From the human T2T-CHM13v2.0 reference genome, Homo sapiens: a stretch of DNA of 64,000 nt. Positions 50,888 to 64,000 of the stretch are shown in pieces (within the stretch, counting starts at the first letter, position 1; every line of letters begins with the position of its first letter). The notes below the pieces were generated by a model, which did not search any database, was not told where the DNA came from, and was given only the letters and a program-made list of their open reading frames with translations. The DNA lies in the NCBI RefSeq assembly GCF_009914755.1, contig NC_060926.1. The stretch is one strand, 5' to 3'. A program made the position numbers and the translations under genes.

Positions 50888-51829
50888 TAACCCCAGGGAA
50901 AGCTGGGAAGTGCAATGCGCCTGCATGCCCAGGAGGGAAGGGAGATGGAGTTGGTGGACACATAGCATTGTCTAAAAGCCATAATGCTGAATGCAAAACC
51001 AGGTGCTTATGTGGGGTTTTCTAGGTAGTGGGTCCGTGGCTTTTATCAGAACCTCAAAGAGGGATTGGTATCTGACTGTCGAGAGCTGCCATCCAAGAGC
51101 ACCAATAAAGGAGACACAAAAAGCCAGCTGTTGACTGAGCTGAGGGTGTCCTGGCTCCTGGTCCCTGGGATGGGCAGTCTCCTGGCACCCCTTGCTTTGA
51201 TGCCATCCTCACCACAGTCTCTGATGAAAATCGGGCTTCCTGTGAAGCGTGGCTGCAGGGGGAACCTGCATGGATCTGCCTCTACTGACGGTTCTTCTCC
51301 TGGCCTACCTGCTTCTCACTGGAAATGAATAAAGAAACATTCTGGGAAAAAAAAAAAAAAAAAAAGAACATTCTGATAGCTACTCTGGGGATGGAGAACT
51401 TGATTAACTCAAGTTTATTCACAGGAGATGCCTCTTCTCTTGGTGTGTGGACAAACTCATGTTTCTGAGAGCCAGTTCCTTGTCATCAAAATATAGAAGA
51501 CACATGTCCCGCCTAGCATTGTGTCCATGGGTCTACACCACACAGGTCTGCCCCTGCCTGCCCCAGTAATACTGTCTAGAAAGCCACGCACCACATCCCT
51601 GGAAAGGGAAGCCTCATGGACCACCTCCCTTCATCCCCCTGGCCAGAGCCGACTGGACCAGAGGTAGACACACCAGACCCCAAAAGAGTCCATCTGCATG
51701 CTTGGCTGAACCAATTGGATTTTTAAATTGGGAGATGAGAGCCAAGTCAGCTGATTGTGGGGTGAAGGATCAAAGTCAAGTTAATGGTGCATTGCCAAGG
51801 GGGTCCTTGGCCACTTAATGCAAAATGGA

Positions 51830-52900
<1,071 letters not shown>

Positions 52901-53993
52901 AAAGAAAGGGGAAGAGAGAGAAACAAACCAGGCTGCAGGTGGAGAAGAGTCTTGTTTTTCTTCTTGACTGTGGAAAGTGTGAGACTCCCAAGTGTGGGAC
53001 TTGAGACACCTGGGGCTGGGAAAAAAGAGATCAGCCAAATGGGACAGTTGATATTAAAATCTCTTTTATGTCCTTGCAGAGATGCACGGAAGAGCAGAAT
53101 TCATTTTAGTTCCTTTTGTTGTATTTTGGGCTGCATTCTTCTGACTCTGCTTGGGGCCTGAGCCTAAGGACCCATGACTTTCCTCCCCTCTCCTATCCCC
53201 ACTCTTCGTAGTTGAATTTATTTGAGTGTAGTTTCTGTTTCTGGGGTAGAACCAACCCATGAGAAATACAAGGCCAGTGCACCTCAGGAGGCCTCATGGT
53301 AGCAGCCTTTCCTAGCATAGCTCTATCTTATGTCTTTCTTTCAAAAGAAGGAATTTCTCCGTGGGAAGGGGTAGGGAGGTAGGGCCCTTGGCAATGAAAC
53401 TTACAGTTTATAAAGACCTTTCACAATTCATTTGTTTGACCAAAAAATGGTTAATGAGCTAGGAGTTGGGATGACAATGGTCACCACCCTGGTGGACTTA
53501 ATATCTATGGATGAGGGCACAGACCAGTAATCAGAGTGGAATACTACCCAGGCCTGGAGAGGAAGAGGAGACGCTGGGGGAGATGGGGCAGCTACGGGGA
53601 GACTTGGGGAGGCATAGAAATTGGCCTGGTCAAATGGTGGGGCGGGATTGATTGAGGAGGATTTCCAGGCAGATAAATAGTTCATGCAAAGGCCTAGGAA
53701 AAGAGAGAGCATGGGGCTGGTACAGGGAGAGTTCACCACTCTGCACCACAAATAGAGGTTCAGAGTGTTGGGGAGCTTGGTAGAGAGTGACAGCCAAACC
53801 CACATCTCCTGCTCCCTGGTCTGTGTCTGAGCAGCCCGAATAGCTTTGGCCCTGAACATCTCTGGGGACTGGGATCATCTCTTTTCCTTCTTCTGTCTCC
53901 CCAAGCTCAGCTGGATTCTATTAAGAATAGCCGGTAGGAGGAACTGGCAATGTTGACATTGACCTTCCTCGAATTCCCTTTTCTTTACGCTGC

Positions 53994-54420
53994 TGTTGTG
54001 GGCTGAATTGTGCCCTTAAAATATGTTGATGTCCTAACCCCTGGTGTCTGTGACTGTGACCTTATTTGAAATAGAGCCTTTGCAGATGTAATCAATTTAA
54101 GATGTGGTCATTAGGGTGGGCCCTAATCCAATGACCGGTGTCCTTATAAGAAAGGGAGATTGGGGCACAGAGGGAGTGCCATGTGACCATGGAGGCAGAG
54201 ATTGGAGTGATGGCAGCTGCAAGCTCAGGAACACTAGGGATTGCAGCAACCGCCAGAAGCCAAGAAGAGGCAGGGAAGGGTTCTTCCCTACAGCCTTCGG
54301 AGGGTGCACGGCCCGGATTTCAGACTTCTGGACTCCATAGTCGTTAGAGAACACATTTCTGTTGCTTGAAGCCACCCAGCTTGTGGTGCTTTGTTCCAGC
54401 AGCCCTAGGAAATGCATGCA
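53994..54420 (+). mobile_element. MaLR LTR (MLT1 family)
   Basis: tgttgtgggctgaattgtg...gtcctaacccc...gtgaccttatttg...gggtgggccctaatccaatgac...gcagccctaggaaa...ca. Confidence 0.85.
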
Positions 54421-55819
54421 GCTGCCCACCGTATTTGCAGCCCATCCATGTTTCCCCTTCCCCACACCAAGATGTGAGGCTCTGTTTACCAAATCCAAAT
54501 TGAACATTGGACATGTTGGGTTTTGGGCAGGCACAGTTCGAGTCACTCTTGCTGTGCGTGAGTTCTATGACCAAAAAGTGTGATTGCAGTAGAGGCCTTG
54601 GGGAAGATCTGAGTGTTGAATCTCAGTGAAGAAATATTCCTTGAGTAAGTGTCCAAAATGGGTGACATTTGGCTCTTGCATCAGGGCTGTCCTCTTTCAT
54701 CATCTGTCAGATGTCCATTCCCCCAGGGCCTTGATGAAAGCTCATCTGCTCATCCTCCCTGCCAGGAATGTCCTTTCCCTCTGTCCCTAACTGGACACTC
54801 CCTGCAGGAAGGAAATGTGCTTGTCTGCTCATGGCTGATTCAGGCCCCAGCATGGTGCTGGGAACACAGTGGCTGCCTAATCAACCAACTGCCATTCCCT
54901 CTTTCTTCCTTGTTAATGGAACCCAAGTTTTGTTCTGGTTCAGAGAGCTGATTCTGTGGCCTCACCCTGGGGACGCACCATGATCTGGCCATACCATCTC
55001 CCTTTGCCGGTAATTACTTAGGGTAAGCATGTATTTGGGTTCTGGTCAACCAGACTGACGCAAGTTGGCTGGCGGCAGCATGGTGGGGGATCCTTCCGGG
55101 GAATGTTTTCATCCTGGTTAAAGCAGACAGATGAGGAGAAGTGCCTCTTTCTTCTTTTGGACATTCTCATGCAAGGCTGGGATGTCGAAACCATGGCAGC
55201 CATCTTGCTCCAAGAATGGGGAGACAGAAGAAGTACTGAGAAGGAGCTCAGAGCATTGACATGGCCAAGATGCTGATTTAACCAATCCCAAGCCCTTATT
55301 GTTCTGTTTGTATAATTTCTACTTGGATATTCTGTTATGTGCAGCCCAAATAATCTCAATCAAAGGCAGAAGGAAGGAAAGACAGAAAGAAACAGGGAGA
55401 AAGAACAGAGGGAGGGAAGGAAGAAAGGAAGTTAGTTAGTACTTTACATCCTTTTTGTGCAGGTTAAATTTCACATCCTCCAAGGAGGTCTCCCAGTTTC
55501 CCCAGACCTGGAACCCAATCCCCTCCCTCTTGCCATTGTACTATCTGTCCTTTGGGAGAGCTCTTAGCACCTGCCAGGCTTTGACTTGGGTGTTCATTTG
55601 GCCTGGAGGCTACAGCTTGAGCCTCTCCCATGCCGCCTCCTGGGTGCACACACATTTGGTTCTGGCCGGTGTCGTCCTGCTGTAGTAGCCTGCTGGGAAG
55701 GAGCATGGGGGCCTGGGAGCCTCTCAGGAGAACCTGCTCCCTAAGGGACGAGAGAGTCAGACTGACCAGTTCGACTCTCTGACAAAGCCCCAGTTATGAG
55801 AAGAGACGAAGGGAGCTGA

Positions 55820-56012
<193 letters not shown>

Positions 56013-57599
56013 TAGGTTTCACCATGTTGGCCAGGCTGGTCTTGAACTCCTGACCTCAGGTGATCTGCCTACCTCAGTCTCCCAAAGTGCTGGGATTAGA
56101 GGCGTGAGCCACTGTGCCCGGCCCAGGAGCTGAGCTTTTTATGGCATTTGTCATCTACCAGCGCAGCCCTGCCCCTTCAAGTAGAGCCTGGGTTCCAGGA
56201 AAGGAGAAAGCAAAGAAATCTGTTCCACTAACAACTTCAAGGGGACCCTTTTGAAGTTCAAGTTGTTTGACTCTGGCATTGACTCCATTTTTAAGTCCAC
56301 ATTGGTATGACCTAAAGAAGTAATGGTTCCATTCATTTATTCACTTCTATTATTTTTATTCAATTATAAAAATATATACTTGGCAATGTGCCAGGCACTA
56401 ATGTAGGCACTGGAGATACAGCAGTAAACCAGCCAGATAGTGGGCTTGGCTTCCAGGAGCTTCCCTCCTAAGTGGGTGCTGTTCATGAAGGCAGGTTTGT
56501 TCCTCATTGACCCCTGGAGCAGAAATTGCATCTAATGATATCTTCGGCTCTTATCACACCCTTGATGGGGCTTTGTCCATAGTGGGGGCTCAAAAATATT
56601 TTCTAATTTCAAGTAGTCCTGATATCTTAACCCCATTCAGGACAAGCTTAATGTGAGAATTCGCTCAACACGGCACTTGCATATTTTATTCAAAAGCCAG
56701 AAACATCTGAGGGCAAAGGAAGAACTAAAAATAACTTGCAGGCTTTCTTAAAGCTGGTAAGAGAAGATTTGACCTTGGGGAATGTATTTATTGTTTTTGT
56801 GTTAATTAGTTAAATTCTGATTGCAAAAGAAAGTGTTGTCAGACATTTTTATGTTACAAAGCAGAGAGAACTCGATGCAAACTGACCTATAGGAAAGGGA
56901 ATTTTCGCTTGAGCCCAGGAGTTCGAGGTCAGCCTGGGCAACATAGTGAGACTCTGTCTCAAAGAGAAAAGCAGGGGCAGGATTTTTGGTTCATGTAATT
57001 GAAAAATCTGGAAGTTGATCAAGTAGTTGCTGGCAAAGTTTATCCACGGGTGCAAATCATGTCACCAAGATATGGTTTCTCCCTGTGCTCAGCCTCTGCT
57101 GTCTGGAGCCTCCAAGTCTTCCTCCATAGCAGTGAAAAGGCTACAGCTGTTCCAGATGTCACAGCTTTATCCACGTTGTCCAAGCAGGTATTGGGACTCC
57201 TCTGGTAGCTCTAGTGCTAGTCTTGCTCTGTTGCCCAGGCTGGAGTGCAGTGGCACGATCTCTGCTCACTGCAGCCTCAACCTCCCGGGGTTCAAGTGAT
57301 CCTCCCACCTCAGCCTCCCGAGTAGCTGGGATTACAGGCACCTGCCAGCATTTCCAGCTAATTTTTGTATTTTTAGTAGAGACGGGGTTTCACAATGTTG
57401 GCCAGGCTGGTCTCAAACTCCTGGCCTCAGGTGATCCTCCCGCCTAGGCCTCCCAAAGTGCTGCGATTACAGGCGTGAGCCACCGCGCCCGGCCTAGCAT
57501 ATTTAAATTTTAATGCACACTGACAATAGGTCTCCCAAGATGTCATGCTGACATCTCCTCTGAGCAGTATAGAAGACAGTGCCTTTCTCCTGACTGGAA

Positions 57600-58420
<821 letters not shown>

Positions 58421-59325
58421 GGAATTATGACCCTTTTAAATGTCCCTAAAATTGCACCTGTTGGCTGTAGCTGCGCCTATAGGTTGTAGCTGGAGGACAT
58501 TCCTGCCCATTGTTGGTTTCTGTTCCTTTCTGCCTTTCTGACCCAGCCTCCAACTGCTCCGGTCTAAGGAGATAAGAAGCCACACAGGCCTCTGGCAGGG
58601 GCTGGGTCTCCTTTCTGCAGGAAGTGCTTCAGGCCCCTCTTCTTGGTCTCTCCCTGAAGTAAGAGGCCTCAAGTGGAGTCCTGAGGGGCATGATGAGGGC
58701 TGTGCCCTGAACAGGTGCAAAGTATGGAGGGAAAATGTGGAGCCTGAGGAAGGCATCTTGAGGCTGGAGCAGGGAAGGCCGAGTGGGCACCTCCTTAGTT
58801 GAGCTGCCTTAGGACAAGGGAGCAGTGATGGTGGCTTCAACAGGAAAAGAGAAGCTGATTCTGACTGGAAGGGCACCAGCTGCCATTCCTGCAGGAACGA
58901 ACAAGTGTTTTCCCAGGAAGATGGGGTCAGGTCGCTGAATCTGATGGGTCCTGGCTCTGTGCCCAAGTGCTGTTCCAGGCACAGGGTGGGGGTGACAGAA
59001 GGGGCAGCGCAGCCCTGCTCTCACCAAGCCACCTGTATGAGAAAACACAACAAAGACATTCCTTCAGCCACTAGGAGCCTCTGTCTCCAGGAAATTACCA
59101 TGAAACCCCTAAGTGTAGTGGCTCAGGGCCACAAAGCTACGTCCCATGCCCAGGCTCAGGCCCATTATGTGTGGCCAGGGACTCTGCTCATCACAGTCAC
59201 CCCGGGGCACAGGCTGACTTGCAGTGGTCGTCTTGAACACTGCCCATCATCATGCCAGGAGAAAAGAGAATTCTGGGGTCTCTCCCTGGCTGTTAAATGT
59301 TCCAGTTGGGAAGGAACAGGCTTAA

Positions 59326-60191
<866 letters not shown>

Positions 60192-63100
60192 TGACTAATT
60201 TTTGCATTTTTAGTAGAAGTGGGGTTTCACCATGTTGGCCAGGCTGGTCTCGAACTCTTGACCTCAAGTGATCATCTGGCCTCGGCTTCCCAAAGTGCTG
60301 GGATTACAGGTGTAACTCACCACGCTGGGTCCACTTATTTGTAATTTGATCATTGTCTTCTCTCCCACTAGAAAGTAAGTTCCATGAGGGCAGGCCCCAT
60401 GTTCATGTTTACTCATCTTCCTGTTCTCAGTGCCTGGCGGAGTACCTGGCACAGAGTAGCATTCACTTGGTGTTTGCTGAATCAATGAACATGACCGAGG
60501 GCTGCAGTCTGAGGTCTGGAGGCTTTGCAGACTGGTTGGGGGCACCATCCTAAAGGCTATCAGAGCAACTGCTGAGAGAGACTCCAACCAGGCTGGAGCT
60601 CCACTTGTAGCAGAGTCCCAGTGTTCTAGCTGGGCAGGGAGTAGGGCAGTTCTGAAAATTGACAGGGAGGTCTGCCCCAGCCCAGCCCCCAGGGGCTCTT
60701 GTCCAAGTCCCAGTGACAGGATGTCTGCAAGTAAATGCTGAAGGAGATGCTTCAGCTAAAAGCTCCAGGACATGTAGGTTCAAATGGCCTAACAAACTGG
60801 GAAACCAGAGTGGAGGGGAGACATTCTCATTTCAGGATAGACCCTGGCTGCCTTGGGACCTCCAGGGTGCTAGGGGACACAGCCCAGCTCTGCATCCCTG
60901 GCAGAGATGGCCACATCCAGCAGGCCCTGGTGGCACTGCAGAGAGAACAGCACCCTGGGGACCAATTATCCTGGGAAACAGGCTGGTGCCTATCCAGATG
61001 GTGGTGCCAGGCACTGCCACTGTACAACTGGCTGATTTGGTGAATAAGTTGCAGACATAATTGAAGGGCAATTTGTTGGGGATGTAAAGTACTGCAATGG
61101 CCCACAGGGTAAGAGACAGTAAAATAAGGGTAAATGTCACCACTCAGAATTTACACACAGGTTGGTATGCCTCAGGAAACTTAGGTTAATAATGAAAAAG
61201 AAAAAAACACAACAATACGAAACACTGGAGAAATACTGGCAGGATGTGTATCACCTTGTTGATAATGGTATTTCTTGGTATAATTACATGTGGTCATTAC
61301 TCATTGTCTTTGTACTTTGAAAAAAAAATTAAGCCAAAGGAAAAAAAAAAAAACCTTCCTTTCCCAGTCAAATATACTAGCAAACAAGAAGCTGTTAGAA
61401 AACAATTCTCGCTGGTGTAGATTTTGTCCTGTTTTGGTTGTGAGGATGAGGGGCTGGTGTGGATCAACAGTCCTGAGGGGGAAGCAGGAATCCCAGAAGA
61501 CGGAGGGTCAGGCTGGGGAATGCAGTTCTGGAAGCTGAGAGCAGAGTGCCCAGTCCTTTCACATCAGGTATGAGTCAAACGCCAGGACAGGGGTGTGGTA
61601 AAGGTCAGGCACCAGGACATCCAGGGACAGAAGCCAGCAGACAAGTGAGGCTGCAGGGGAGGCCAGGGTCATGTGGGTCATTCTGGGATGGAAGCTGATA
61701 GGTGGGAGAGTGGAGAAAGCAGGCAGGTAGGGCTCGCAGCCAGGTGAGGGTTCAGAGTGGGCGTATATGAGCCTCAGTTCTAAGACCTCTGGATCCAAGC
61801 TGTCATCAACCGTGAAAGTCAGACATAGAAGTTGCCAGTGACTTTGGAGCCTCCCAAAGGAAGGGACCCAAGTAGGGGAGGTCCTGGGGTGGCAGAGTTT
61901 TGAGAAGTTATGTGGCAGAGAGCCTGTGCATGAGGGAGAAAGGGTGATGTAAAGGGTTAACTTCTGAAACCAGAGGCATGGATGAAGGCTGAGCCTCTCT
62001 TGCAGCCTAGGAACTTGAGAAATGAGTTATGGACAGTTCAGGTGAGGTCTGCTGACTCCCTGGGAAACTACTGACATTTCCTTTGTGTCATACTCCAAAG
62101 CCTGATACAAATGGTGGTGGCCATGTGGTCAGGAGTGTTTTTTTTTTTTTGGTAGAGATGGGGGTCTCGCTATATTGCCCAGGCTGGCCTTGAACTCCTG
62201 GCCTCAAGTGATCCTCCTGCCTTGGCCTCCCAAAGTGCTGGGAATACAGATGTAAACTGTCGTGCCCAGCCTCATTTCTTTTGGGTGCATACTCAGAAGA
62301 GGGATTGCTAAATCATATGGTAATTCTATTTTTAAATTTTCAAGGAACCTTTATACTGTTGTCCATAATGGCTATACTAATTTACATTTCCACTAATACT
62401 TCACTATGTATATGTTTGCCAAAATATCACGTTGTATGCCTTAAATATATGCAATTTTTACTTTAACAAGTCAGCCCTCAGACTTTTATCTATTTTTAGT
62501 TTGCCATAGTGCTGCATTCAGGAGCTTCTGTCCAAGACACAAAGCCTGGCTGGCCTGTCATTTCTTAATAATCCAGCAAGCTTCCAGGGTGAGTAGGCTG
62601 CCTGGGCCCAGAATGGGTCCTTAGAGTCAGCTGATGCATAACTGTCTCTGTAACATCTATTTTAAGGGGCATCCAGGCAGGGCGCGGTGGCTCACGCCTG
62701 TTATCCCAGCACCCTGGGAGGCGGAGGCGGGTGGTCAGGAGTTTGAGACCAGCCTGGCCAATATGGTGAAACCCTGTCTGTACTAAAAATACAAAAATTA
62801 GCTGGGAGTGCTGGCACATGCCTGTAATCCCAGTTCCTCAGGAGGCTGAGGCAGGAGAATCGCTTGAACTTGGGAGGCGGAGGTTGCAGTGAGCTGAAAT
62901 CATGCCACTGCCCTGCAGCCTGGGCGACAGAGCGAGAATCAGTCTCAATAATTAATTAATTAATTAATTAATTAAATAAAAAAATAAAATAAAATAAAGG
63001 GCATCTGGGGGGGTGTATCCAAAATGATGAGAAAAACTATGGCATGTGGGGGCTGTTTCCAATCATCCATCCATTCACCCATGATCTAGATTTTCTTTCT

Positions 63101-63520
63101 TGTTTCTTCCTTGCAGACTGACTTCATCCTTCTGTCCATTCAATCATCCATCCATCCACTTACCCATCCATCTATCCAAAGGGGCACAAGGACACTTTTA
63201 GGGCTGATGGATGTGTTCACTGTCTTGACTGCTATGATGGTTTTATGGGTGTGTACATGTGTTAGAACTGGTAAAGTGGTATACTTTAAATGTGTGCATG
63301 TGAGTGTACCTTAATTATATTTCAATAAAGTTGGAAAAAAGGAAGGTAAATAACAGTAGGTCAAAACTGATAACACCCCACATTATCCATGGACAAGACA
63401 ATGGATAAGCTGTGGAATATCCATACAATGGAATACTGCTCAGCAGTAGAAAGGAACAAATTGCTCAAATATACGACAACATGGACCATCTCACACATGA
63501 ATGCTGATCAAAAGACGTCA

Positions 63521-63751
<231 letters not shown>

Positions 63752-63754
63752 TCA

Positions 63755-63859
<105 letters not shown>

Positions 63860-64000
63860 TCAAAACAAACAAACAAACCAGAGAAAACAGAGCTATGGTG
63901 TTTATGAGTATGTGCTCAGGTGGTAAAACTATAAAGAAAAACAAGAACACAATGATCATTAAGTCCTCCCTAGGGAAGGAGGAAGGGGTGGTCTCTGGGA

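Noticed and set aside
60832-61143. 103-aa minus ORF with a hydrophobic, signal-peptide-like N terminus
   Set aside because: Starts at GTG, no family recognised, no promoter or splice support. A tBLASTn/Dfam search would be needed to exclude a decayed pseudogene or ERV fragment.

Overview
Human (primate) genomic DNA, recognisable as the USP39-SFTPB locus (chr2p11.2 from prior knowledge). The + strand carries the last 11 coding exons of USP39 (1534-28864, poly(A) signal ~29313), the catalytically dead USP-family tri-snRNP factor. The - strand carries the complete surfactant protein B gene SFTPB: CDS 48239->41531 (381 aa), a non-coding last exon from 39740, a TATA/NKX2-1/FOXA promoter, an upstream leader exon and the intron-4 (CA)n VNTR. 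All exon phases join into open frames with GT-AG junctions. The rest is Alu-dense intronic/intergenic DNA with L1, MIR, MER, a MaLR LTR and a solo HERV-H LTR7. Most ORFs in the ORF track are Alu or low-complexity artefacts. I found no new multi-gene system. The most unusual element is a ~120-bp patchwork insertion in an Alu upstream of SFTPB (49481-49600), built from exact copies of neighbouring sequence, which looks like a template-switching repair scar. Other candidates: a possible poison acceptor in USP39, TE-derived poly(A) signals for SFTPB, a young AluYa5 and several CTCF-like motifs.
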